In this document: in pieces, positions 7,802 to 16,540 of the stretch
How positions within the stretch are numbered: position 1 is the first letter of the stretch
How the letters are laid out: every line of letters starts with the position of its first letter
Assembly (NCBI GenBank): GCA_027001995.1
Contig: JALTLO010000088.1
Span: forward strand, 79,367 to 110,093
Origin: Planctomycetota bacterium
GTDB lineage: Bacteria; Planctomycetota; GCA-002687715; DRQF01
Length of the DNA stretch: 30,727 bases
Direction: 5' to 3'
Position numbers and translations under genes: made by a program
Notes under the pieces: model-generated
Seen by the model: the letters and a program-made list of their open reading frames with translations, nothing else
What the model was told of the DNA's origin: nothing
Databases searched by the model: none

Positions 7802-9790
7802 ATGGCAAAAGCGACAGATGCACAGACACCAGCGCTTAAGCTGATCGTGCGGGATTCTGGTTCACAAGAGCACTATGACCTACGCCATGAGACCATCACC
7901 TTGGGGCGAGCTCACGACAATTCTCTGCCTTTAGCGGATCCTCGAACATCGCGGCACCACTGCAAAATCGAATTCGTCGAGAACGAGTGGTTTGTCGTTG
8001 ACGTTGGCAGTCAGAACGGCACCTTTCTCAATGGTCGTCGGGTGCGCCGAAGCAAACTGATGGTGGGGGATGTGGTGCAATTGGGGAGCACAAAAGTCTC
8101 CCTTGAACCAAAAGTGGAAACAGGGACTTACACGGAAACTGTGACCCAAGCCACGATTGATGTGGGGGGGGATTTGCGGTTGGAGGAGGATAGTGACCCT
8201 CTCTCCGCTGACATCCTCCTGCGCTTGCAGGGAATCGCGTCAGCCCTCAATACGGAGCATGAGTTAGAACGCCTTCTCAATCTCATTATCGACAATGCCA
8301 TTGAACTGACTGGAGCTGAGCGGGGATTTCTGATCTTGGTTGGCAAGCAGGAGATGGAGTTTCGTGTCGCCCGCAATTTCGAACAGCAAGAGGTGAGTGC
8401 CCCGGAGTTTGCCATCAGTTGGTCCATTGCAACTCAGGTCAGCACTTCAGGCCAAGCCGTCCTGTGCGTGAACGCAGCCGATGACGATCGTTTTGGAGCC
8501 AAGGAAAGTGTGCATTCCTTGGGGCTGAGATCTGTCATGTGTGTGCCCTTCAAGGTTAAGAACCGAGTCTTGGGGGTCATGTATGTCGACAATCGCCTCC
8601 ACAAGGGTGTTTTCAAGAGGAGCCAATTCAGGCTCCTCAAGATTTTGGCGGACCATGCCGCTGTGGCTTTGGAGAATGCCCGACTCTATGACGAAGTCTT
8701 AGGTAAAAGCCAGCGTTTGGAAGATCTCAACAGACGACTTCATGTGCAGGTTGAAGAGCAAGGCTCTCGGCTTCGAGCGGCATCTCAAGGTGGCGTTTTG
8801 GGCATGGACCCAGGAGATCTGGATACCATGGGGCGCCGGGGGGCAATGGTCGGTGATTCCGCTCCAATGCGGGAACTCAAGGCTTTGGTGCGGAAGGTGG
8901 CCAGCTCCGACTTACCCGTGTTGATAACAGGAGAGAGCGGGACCGGGAAAGAAGTGGTAGCTCAAGCGGTTCATCGTTTGAGCCGGCGATCTCACCAAAA
9001 TCTTGTTTCGGAAAACTGTTGCGCAATTCCCGAATCGTTGATGGAGAGCGAGCTTTTTGGCTACGTCAAAGGGGCGTTCACGGGTGCCAATGAGGATCGC
9101 CAAGGACTCTTCAGTGCGGCCTCTGGCGGCACTTTGTTTCTCGACGAAATTGGCGACATGGGACTTCAACTCCAAACCAAGCTCCTGCGGGTCCTACAGG
9201 AGGGGGAGTGCCGGCCTATTGGCGGAAAATCTGTCGAAAAAATTGATGTTCGGCTCATTACTTCGACGAATCGCGACTTGAAAAAACAAATTGCTCAGAA
9301 CGAGTTTAGAGAAGACCTCTTCTACCGTATCAAGGTTGTCTCCATTGTCGTGCCTCCCTTGCGGGAACGAAAGGACGATATTCCCTCTTTGATCGAGCAT
9401 TTTCTTCGGCTTTTTGCTGACGAAGCTGGACAAACTCGGAACACCATGACAAAGGAGGCGTTAGAGCTACTGAAGCAATATCGTTGGCCAGGAAATATTC
9501 GTGAGCTGGAGAACGAACTCCGTTCCATGGTGGCACTGGGTGGCGAGGTTTTGGGCAAGGACGATGTTCCCAGCCATATCCAAGAAGAAGTTGAACTTTT
9601 GGTTGGTGAGGATTCCGGTTTCCATGATCTCAATGAACTTGTAGAGTCAATCGAGTCTCGGGAAATCACCAAAGCTCTTAGACGCACGAAAGCCAACAAG
9701 ACGAAGGCGGCCAGGCTCTTAGGGATTAGCCGCTTTGCGCTTCAGAGAAAAATGGAAAAATACGGTTTAGAGGCCCCATCCAAGAATTGA
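7802..9790 (+). CDS. Sigma54-dependent enhancer-binding protein with FHA + GAF + AAA+ + Fis-HTH domains, 662 aa
   Basis: FHA (LGR, TSRHH, SQNGT), GAF (GAERGFL, LRSVMCVP, GVMYVD), AAA+ (GESGTGKE, ESELFGYVKGAFTGA, TLFLDEIG, FREDLFYR, WPGNIREL), HTH (NKTKAARLLGISR). Strong SD gaggagg. Confidence 0.95.
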   Translation: MAKATDAQTPALKLIVRDSGSQEHYDLRHETITLGRAHDNSLPLADPRTSRHHCKIEFVENEWFVVDVGSQNGTFLNGRRVRRSKLMVGDVVQLGSTKVSLEPKVETGTYTETVTQATIDVGGDLRLEEDSDPLSADILLRLQGIASALNTEHELERLLNLIIDNAIELTGAERGFLILVGKQEMEFRVARNFEQQEVSAPEFAISWSIATQVSTSGQAVLCVNAADDDRFGAKESVHSLGLRSVMCVPFKVKNRVLGVMYVDNRLHKGVFKRSQFRLLKILADHAAVALENARLYDEVLGKSQRLEDLNRRLHVQVEEQGSRLRAASQGGVLGMDPGDLDTMGRRGAMVGDSAPMRELKALVRKVASSDLPVLITGESGTGKEVVAQAVHRLSRRSHQNLVSENCCAIPESLMESELFGYVKGAFTGANEDRQGLFSAASGGTLFLDEIGDMGLQLQTKLLRVLQEGECRPIGGKSVEKIDVRLITSTNRDLKKQIAQNEFREDLFYRIKVVSIVVPPLRERKDDIPSLIEHFLRLFADEAGQTRNTMTKEALELLKQYRWPGNIRELENELRSMVALGGEVLGKDDVPSHIQEEVELLVGEDSGFHDLNELVESIESREITKALRRTKANKTKAARLLGISRFALQRKMEKYGLEAPSKN

Positions 9791-9818
9791 TGGGACCCCA
9801 GCCGGTAAGGGAGAAGGA

Positions 9819-10883
9819 ATGAACAAGTTGACTCAAAGAGCGCTGATGGCCCTCGTTTTTTTCTTGGCTTTAGGCCAAGGGCCGGTGGAAGCAACTCTGT
9901 CTGACTCGCCAATCATGGATGGCGATACTGCTGGTGCGATGAAGGTTATTCCCCTGCGCGACGAGCGCGACCGAAAAGAAGCAGAAGAAATTGCCAAGGC
10001 CTTGGGGAAGAAACTCAACTTCTTCGAAACCGAGAATTTCACTTGGTGCTCATCTTTGTCGAAGGGCAAGATGGTCAAGATCATGAATGAGGCCGAGCGC
10101 TGCTACAAGATTTTCGCCCGGGATGCTGGTTATTCAAGCCACAAGAAACTGTGGAAAGACGGTCGCAAGTGCATGGGCGTTATTCTTGCCAACAAGCGCG
10201 ACTATCGCCGTTATGTGAAGTGGTATTCAAAGAAGTACCCCGTGTGGAACAAAGAGCAGTTCGTCAAAAATCATGCTCCTGGTAGCCATCTCAATGAGTC
10301 TGCTCAAAGAAACGTGATGGTCACTCATCTTAAACCCCACAAGCCTGAGCATGTGGCAGCTGTCATGTGTCACCTGGTGGGTCACCTCTGTGTGGACCGC
10401 CACGCTTACAACAACAACTTCACGCCTGGTTGGTTGCGAGAAAGTTTGGGCATTTACTTCCAAGGCAAGGTTCATGGTCGTTTGGTGGTTGGTTCCTTTG
10501 ATGATCCTTACGGTCTGGGCACCACAGAGGACGAAGATAAATCCAAAGGACTCAAACTCTCTGCTTTTAAGGTCATCGTCAAGAAGAGCATCGCCAAGCA
10601 CCGCCTGAAGCACACCAAGAATATGTTTGAGCTTGCTACTTTGAGAGAGCTCACTTTCTTTGACACCCAAAAAGGTCATTTGCTCATTTCTTGGATGCTC
10701 AAAGACAAAGGGAAATTCAGTCGGTTCATCAAAGAGTGCAAAGCCACTTGGCCAGGAGTGATTCAGATGGAAAACTCGACCGCGAAGGTAAAGTCTCAAG
10801 TCAAGGCTCTGAAGAAAGTCTTTGGCGTGTCACCAGAGGAAGCTGACAAAGCCCTCAAGGCATTCGCTAAGAGTGGTTATTAG
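9819..10883 (+). CDS. Exported hypothetical protein with degenerate gluzincin motif (HLVGH-x18-E), 354 aa
   Basis: Signal-peptide-like N-terminus ending in VEA and purine-rich RBS region (gggagaagga). H185, H189 and E208 lie within CHLVGHL...PGWLRESLGIYF. The CDS call is solid; the family assignment is inferred. Confidence 0.85.
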   Translation: MNKLTQRALMALVFFLALGQGPVEATLSDSPIMDGDTAGAMKVIPLRDERDRKEAEEIAKALGKKLNFFETENFTWCSSLSKGKMVKIMNEAERCYKIFARDAGYSSHKKLWKDGRKCMGVILANKRDYRRYVKWYSKKYPVWNKEQFVKNHAPGSHLNESAQRNVMVTHLKPHKPEHVAAVMCHLVGHLCVDRHAYNNNFTPGWLRESLGIYFQGKVHGRLVVGSFDDPYGLGTTEDEDKSKGLKLSAFKVIVKKSIAKHRLKHTKNMFELATLRELTFFDTQKGHLLISWMLKDKGKFSRFIKECKATWPGVIQMENSTAKVKSQVKALKKVFGVSPEEADKALKAFAKSGY

Positions 10884-10889
10884 AGACCG

Positions 10890-13800
10890 ATGAGCACAGA
10901 GACTGGGCCGGGGTTTCCTGAGATCCCTGGTTATACCCTCGAGTCGATCTTAGGCCGTGGTTCCATGGCTACGGTCTATCGTGCTCGACAAGAAGGGATG
11001 AACCGTCTGGTTGCGGTTAAGGTTCTCGAAGAAACCGTTTGCGATAACGAAAAAGTATTGGGCCGCTTGATGCGCGAAGCGCGGATAGCGGCTCGCTTCA
11101 ATCACAGCCACATTGTTCGGGCTCTCGACGCCGGCACTCTTGAACACACCTGTTACTTTGTCATGGAATTGGTGGAAGGGCAGAACATTCGGGATGTCCT
11201 GGAGGCTGACGGCCCAATGCCTGAGTCTCAGATTGTTGAGCTGGCGATTCAAATGGGGGAAGCGCTCCTCGAACTCCATCGGGACCATGTTGTTCATCGG
11301 GATATCAAGCCGGCAAACATTCTCTTGGACGAAGATGGTCAAGCACTCCTCGCTGATTTGGGCTTGGCAAAACTTGAGTTTGATTCGTCGATGACCAGTC
11401 AGAACCACGCTGTCGGTACCCCAGCCTATATGTCACCGGAGCAAGCCAAGAATCCAGAGCAAGTGGACACCAGAACAGATTTGTTCTCCCTCGGGGCCAC
11501 GCTTTTTCACATGGCAACGGGTGATTCGCCTTTCTCCGGGGATTCCGTCGGGGCCGTCATCACGAAGATCCTCTACGAAGACCCACCGCATCTCTCTGAA
11601 AGCCACCCTCACCTGAGTTCAGGCTTTGCTGACATCGTTGAGAGGTTGCTGTGCAAAGATAGAGAGAATCGCTATCAAACCCCCGCAGAGCTCTTAAGAG
11701 ATTTACGTGCAGTCAAGCGAGGCCTTGCCCCTCGCCCTCGCTTGAAGAAACCCAAGAGAGCAGCCCTCAAAGGTCGGGGTGTTCTTGTGGGGAGCGTCTT
11801 GTTGATGGCGGTGATCGCTTACTTGGGGTTGTCGACGAATGACGACGAGCAAACAACAAACCCACCCTCTGTGGCTGGAGGCAAGCCCAGGGCCAAGGAT
11901 AGGGAGACAGCAAAAGTCCTGAAAGAGAGCGATGTTGATGAGGTGATGACTCGGGTTTTCTTGGGGCCTCGTAGTCGCCTCCAGGTCGGCGACTTAGACG
12001 GGGCCGAGAGGTTGTTGGCCACGGAATGTGAAGACCAATTGAGCCGGGAGCTCAATTCGACCCTCACCGATTTGCCGCGTTGGGTTCGCATTCAGTTTGA
12101 GAATGAGAATCTTAAGATCAAGAACGCCATTGAGGGACAACGCCGAAAGCGAGAAGAGGCCCTTTTGTCCGTGGCTTTGGCTCATTTTCGTTCTTTGGTT
12201 GAGGGTCGACAAGAAAACCAGCCTTATTTGTCCAGGGGCGATTTGCAGGACTTCCTCCTGGCAGAGCCCATGGCTGATGAGGGTCATCCCATGGATCCAG
12301 AAGTCGTTTCCAAAGCACGGTCGACGGTGATTGACGAGGTGCTTGCTTTTTGGCGTCACGACTTTGACCGACAGATGGAAACGGCGAAAACAAATTTGAG
12401 CTTGAATGAATTCAGCAAAGTTGAAGCTGCTCTCGATGCTCTCAAGAAGCGCTTGCCAATCCACTTGGGCTCTGGTTACGTGACAAGAATCAAAAGCCTT
12501 GAGGCGAGGCTGGCGCGTCAACACAGAGAAATGCACCGATTGCTGACCAGCTTCCTACAGTCCGCCGATATGTTGGCGCCTCTCGGGTCACCGGAAATCC
12601 GGCAGAGAGAGTTCACTGCTCTCATAAGTCGCTTTGTCCAGCTCAATGAACTCATAGGCCGAGCAGAACTTGAAGGTGATGGGCTTCATCAGCAATTTAT
12701 GCTCGTGGGAAGTGTGCTGAAGGAAGCACGTTCCTGGACAGAGAAAACTCTGGACGAGCTTTTAGAGAAACCCATCGATGAGGACAGGGTCTTACAACTC
12801 CGGTCTGGCAAGACGTGGAAGCGTTTTCAGGTCGATTCCATTGTTGACGGTTTGATTACAATTCATCTGGGTAAACAAGATCGAATGATTGAGATTCCAG
12901 CGGCACAGCTTTCCGTGAGGACTCTGATTGATCTTGCAGAACCGGAACCTGGCTTGAATCAGCTGCGAACGATTGCCTGGTTTCACTATTGTGATGTTGA
13001 GTTAGCTCAAGCTGAGCGAGTCTTGTCATCTTTGCCGGCAGACGATCCCTTTCGTCAGTTCTTGGCTTCTCGCCTGAAGGGAGCGTGGCGAGAAGTCGCT
13101 CAAGTAGATTCGCCGGAAGGGAAAGAAGCGTTTCGGATATGGCGTGAATCACTGACTGCCTATCGCAATTCTGATTGGCAAGGGGTGTTGAAGACTGCAC
13201 GTGCTCTCACGAGCTCACGAGACCTCAAAAAATCGGCTTGGTATGTGCGCAATCGCCTAAGCATTCGTCGCATTTTGGAAGAATGCCGAAGTCGGGCAAG
13301 TTTGGCAGGGGTTCTTGAATCAGTTCATGGTGAAGTAGAAATCGTTTCAGTCGAAAAGAGTCTGGTGCACATCGCATGGAACTTTGACGACGAAGAACAA
13401 GCAGAAGATTTTCTCCTGCCACCTCATATGCGGTGGGCTAAGGGTTGTTTGAAATCGACTCGTACTTTGGAGAACAAGGGCATGAGTCCCTTGGCTTTGG
13501 AAGCACTCAAGCTCTTTCTGCCGATGAATCTTGACGGGAGTTCTTGGGAGTTGGAAATCACGTATCACACATCTTCTCGATGGCGTGAGTCGCCCCGCTA
13601 TTTTCTATTGAGCGTCTTTGGTCATCATATCGGTTACCTAAGTCGTCTCGGCAGACGCCACCTCTTGCATCTTCCTCTCCATGGTCTGGAGAAAAAGATG
13701 ATGGAATTTGAAGAGTATGGTCGTTCAACAATGTGGAGTGGTAGGCTATCAGGTTTTGCCGCTGCTTTTGGCCCCGGGAGCAAAGCGCGGGGCCTTCTTC

Positions 13801-14006
13801 TCGAACCAGGGAAAACCTATGTGCTGCGTTTGTCTTGTGACGTTGACAGTGGGATGGTCACCCTCACCATAAATGGACGCACCGTGTTGGCAAGAAAAGG
13901 GGTTTTCGAGACCAAAGTTGGCGAATCTTTGGCTATACGTATTCCTATGCCCCATGTGATCGATTCGATTCATGTGACCACGGCCTTGACTGTGGATAAG
14001 GGTTAG
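10890..14006 (+). CDS. Membrane-anchored Hanks-type Ser/Thr protein kinase with large C-terminal (predicted extracytoplasmic) region, 1038 aa
   Basis: Motifs LGRGSMATVY, VAVK, HRDIKPAN, ADLGLAK, GTPAYMSPEQ, DLFSLG, a basic patch, then the TM segment GVLVGSVLLMAVIAYLGL. Confidence 0.96.
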   Translation: MSTETGPGFPEIPGYTLESILGRGSMATVYRARQEGMNRLVAVKVLEETVCDNEKVLGRLMREARIAARFNHSHIVRALDAGTLEHTCYFVMELVEGQNIRDVLEADGPMPESQIVELAIQMGEALLELHRDHVVHRDIKPANILLDEDGQALLADLGLAKLEFDSSMTSQNHAVGTPAYMSPEQAKNPEQVDTRTDLFSLGATLFHMATGDSPFSGDSVGAVITKILYEDPPHLSESHPHLSSGFADIVERLLCKDRENRYQTPAELLRDLRAVKRGLAPRPRLKKPKRAALKGRGVLVGSVLLMAVIAYLGLSTNDDEQTTNPPSVAGGKPRAKDRETAKVLKESDVDEVMTRVFLGPRSRLQVGDLDGAERLLATECEDQLSRELNSTLTDLPRWVRIQFENENLKIKNAIEGQRRKREEALLSVALAHFRSLVEGRQENQPYLSRGDLQDFLLAEPMADEGHPMDPEVVSKARSTVIDEVLAFWRHDFDRQMETAKTNLSLNEFSKVEAALDALKKRLPIHLGSGYVTRIKSLEARLARQHREMHRLLTSFLQSADMLAPLGSPEIRQREFTALISRFVQLNELIGRAELEGDGLHQQFMLVGSVLKEARSWTEKTLDELLEKPIDEDRVLQLRSGKTWKRFQVDSIVDGLITIHLGKQDRMIEIPAAQLSVRTLIDLAEPEPGLNQLRTIAWFHYCDVELAQAERVLSSLPADDPFRQFLASRLKGAWREVAQVDSPEGKEAFRIWRESLTAYRNSDWQGVLKTARALTSSRDLKKSAWYVRNRLSIRRILEECRSRASLAGVLESVHGEVEIVSVEKSLVHIAWNFDDEEQAEDFLLPPHMRWAKGCLKSTRTLENKGMSPLALEALKLFLPMNLDGSSWELEITYHTSSRWRESPRYFLLSVFGHHIGYLSRLGRRHLLHLPLHGLEKKMMEFEEYGRSTMWSGRLSGFAAAFGPGSKARGLLLEPGKTYVLRLSCDVDSGMVTLTINGRTVLARKGVFETKVGESLAIRIPMPHVIDSIHVTTALTVDKG

Positions 14007-14128
14007 TAGCTCTTAATCCTTTTCATTCAATAAGTTATGATCATTGTTCTGTCGATGAGTCTGCTCGCTGCGGGGGAGAGGTGAATACTCTATTGGTGCA
14101 AGGCCCCCTATCACTACAATAGGGACCT

Positions 14129-14605
14129 ATGGATATTGAAGACGCAATTTATGACGGATCTGCAACGGCAACGATTACAGGTATCACGGGACTCTTTCGT
14201 GGTGCCAAAGCCACCATGCGACTGGGGCAATGTCTGGTCGTTGGACGTTCTCGGGTTTGTTCGCTCAGCGTCGCGCGGGCCGAAGAATGCCTGCGGTTGA
14301 CCAAGGTCGCTTTGGAAGCTCACAAGAGCTATCGCAAGATCTCTCGCCAACATTTTCGAGTTTGCTTAACTGGCGAAGACCGGGTCGAGATTGAAGACTT
14401 GTCGACCAATGGGACGGTGGTGAACGGCTTTAAAGTTGATCGCCTTGTGGTTGAGCGTTTTGCCAGTGACGCCAAGAAGATCATGATCGAATTTGGTCAT
14501 GGGGAGGTGATGGAGCTGATCGCAACCGGTGCCACTGCCGAGCAATCGAGCGAGCACTTACCTCACAAAAAGCCATGCCCACCGTTGACCAAGAGAAGCA
14601 TTTGA
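14129..14605 (+). CDS. Stand-alone FHA domain protein, 158 aa
   Basis: FHA signatures VGRS, ISRQH, EDLSTNGTVVNG. Confidence 0.88.
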   Translation: MDIEDAIYDGSATATITGITGLFRGAKATMRLGQCLVVGRSRVCSLSVARAEECLRLTKVALEAHKSYRKISRQHFRVCLTGEDRVEIEDLSTNGTVVNGFKVDRLVVERFASDAKKIMIEFGHGEVMELIATGATAEQSSEHLPHKKPCPPLTKRSI

Positions 14606-14662
14606 GTGGTGTGGATGGACCACCTTCAGGTGTCGTGAGTCCCTGACCCCCAAGTCTACCGC

Positions 14663-15775
14663 CTATGTCGGGGCTCCCTTGTTGGGGGATAGGTTCGGTT
14701 CAGAGATCGGTTGATCGTCCAGCACGGCGTCACATAGATGGGCTACCCGGGTAGGTGAAATGAGGCGCATGCAATCCACCGCCGGACAAGTCCGGTAGCG
14801 ACAGGGACTACAAGCCAAATTCATGAATACGGCCCGCTCTTTGTGTTCAAATGGATAGTAAAAGCGTGGGTCATAAGGACCGAAGAGAATGATGGTCTTT
14901 ATTCTTTGAGCGGCTGCCAAGTGAACGGGTCCTGTGTCGGACCCTACCACCAAATCTGCCTGGCTCATCAAGTAACCCACTTGCCTCATGTTCTTTAGGT
15001 CGGGGGCCTGATAAATCGGCACTTGCGCCATCTTCATGATCTGATCGACAACTTCGATTTCATCAGGCCCCCAATTGATCACCACTCGGGCTTGGCGGCT
15101 TAAGACCAAATAGTCTGCCAGTGAAGCGTAATAATCAGGATCCCACCGTTTGCACTTGAACCAGGCACTGGTGCCAGGATTGAGGACTATGATTGGCCCC
15201 CCTTCAGGAAGGGAGCCAATGAAGGCGTCGACCACCTTACGATCGTCTTCAGCGAAGGTGAAAGGAGGCCAACGAAAGGACGGGGCAATGCCGATGAGCC
15301 CTAATAGACGAATGTCCCGCTCCATACGGTGCATGACTTCCCCGTGAAGCCGAAGTTTGCGGTTGGTGAATAGCCAATTGGGTTCTTTCGTCTCACCTTT
15401 TCCGTACCCCAAGCGGACTGGAGCTTTGGTGGCGCGGGTCACCAAGCCACTTTTGAGGTTTCCTTGAAAGTCGATGGCAAGATCAAAATTGCGGCTGGCG
15501 ACGAGTTTGCCAAAGGCCCGCATGTCGGCCAGAACTGCTGTCCGGCTAGCCCCGTTGGCTCGCTTCTTTTTCCAAATGCGGCGGGGCATGATGAGCACTT
15601 CATCAAGGAGGCTATGGTCACGGAGTAGGTCTGCCGCTCGATCTTCCACAATCCAGGTGATGCGGGCTTGGGGGTAGGTTTCTCGCAGAAGCGCAAGAGC
15701 GGGCATAGCAAAGATGACATCGCCAATGGAAGACAAACGCACAAGGGCGATGTTCTTGAAGTCATCCTGGGGCAT
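14663..15775 (-). CDS. waaC: GT9 glycosyltransferase, lipopolysaccharide heptosyltransferase I-like
   Basis: Motifs VRLSSIGDV, ITWIVE, IDFQGNLKS, KRW, GSDTGPVHLAAA, LFGP. GT9 is certain; waaC specificity is less so. Confidence 0.85.
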   Translation of the reverse strand: MPQDDFKNIALVRLSSIGDVIFAMPALALLRETYPQARITWIVEDRAADLLRDHSLLDEVLIMPRRIWKKKRANGASRTAVLADMRAFGKLVASRNFDLAIDFQGNLKSGLVTRATKAPVRLGYGKGETKEPNWLFTNRKLRLHGEVMHRMERDIRLLGLIGIAPSFRWPPFTFAEDDRKVVDAFIGSLPEGGPIIVLNPGTSAWFKCKRWDPDYYASLADYLVLSRQARVVINWGPDEIEVVDQIMKMAQVPIYQAPDLKNMRQVGYLMSQADLVVGSDTGPVHLAAAQRIKTIILFGPYDPRFYYPFEHKERAVFMNLACSPCRYRTCPAVDCMRLISPTRVAHLCDAVLDDQPISEPNLSPNKGAPT

Positions 15776-15787
15776 GGGTGGTTTTAC

Positions 15788-16201
15788 CTAAGAAGAAATG
15801 TCGTTGTCTTCCGGGTCTTCGACATCTTCTGAATCTTCTGGAAGTTCTTCCTTGGCCGCGGAAGCGGCTAGTTCTTTTTTCAGGATCTCCGAGATCCGCA
15901 TCTGCCGTTCGATGGACTCGTCATACTCAAAAGTGAGTTGAGGAGAGCGCCTGGTATGCATGACGCTAGCCACTTCTCTTTGGATAAATCCGCAAGCACT
16001 CTTCAAAGCATAGGCGCTCTTGCTGCGGTCGCCGTCTCCACCCAGCATGGAATAACCAATTGTGCAGTTGGCCAAGTCTTTGGCTAACTTGACGTAGGTG
16101 ATGGTGATCAAACCCATGCGAGGGTCATTGATTTCGCGGTGAATTGTCTGGCTTACTTTTCGGCGGATAACCTGCTGCAAGCGTTCGATTTTGAATCCCA
16201 T
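15788..16201 (-). CDS. rbfA: Ribosome-binding factor A
   Basis: Motifs INDPRMGLITIT, GFIQREVA, RRSPQLTFEYDES, and position downstream of infB. Confidence 0.96.
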   Translation of the reverse strand: MGFKIERLQQVIRRKVSQTIHREINDPRMGLITITYVKLAKDLANCTIGYSMLGGDGDRSKSAYALKSACGFIQREVASVMHTRRSPQLTFEYDESIERQMRISEILKKELAASAAKEELPEDSEDVEDPEDNDISS

Positions 16202-16208
16202 AGTCTTC

Positions 16209-16490
16209 TCAGATGATTTCGATGCTGAAGTCTTCGACGTTTGCGTCCGGATACTCTTCAGCGAAGTTCACGATTTTCTGCGATACGCTTTGTAGAAACT
16301 TGGCGTCATTTCCGACAACCGCCACACCAATGACAGCGCTTCGCCAGACTTCGTTGTCACCAACCTCGGCAGAAGAGCAATGGAATCGGTGCCGGATCTT
16401 CTCTTTGAGACCTTTTACGGCGTGTCGTTTGTCCTTAAGGCTCATGGCCCAAGGAATTGAGAGCTCGATCTGGATCGCGGCAATCAACAT
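16209..16490 (-). CDS. ylxP: DUF503 family protein (YlxP-like)
   Basis: Motifs SLKDKR and RFHCSSAEV, 93 aa, in its usual position between infB and rbfA. Confidence 0.92.
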   Translation of the reverse strand: MLIAAIQIELSIPWAMSLKDKRHAVKGLKEKIRHRFHCSSAEVGDNEVWRSAVIGVAVVGNDAKFLQSVSQKIVNFAEEYPDANVEDFSIEII

Positions 16491-16495
16491 GTGTC

Positions 16496-16531
16496 AATAA
16501 AGAAGCCGCCCCCATCAAATGGAGACGGCTT
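16496..16531 (-). terminator. Putative weak intrinsic terminator or hairpin after infB
   Basis: Minus strand reads AAGCCGTCTCCAT-TTG-ATGGGGGCGGCTT-CTTTATT. The 13-bp stem has two G-U pairs that form only on the minus strand. Confidence 0.55.
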
Positions 16532-16540
16532 GCAGTTCTT

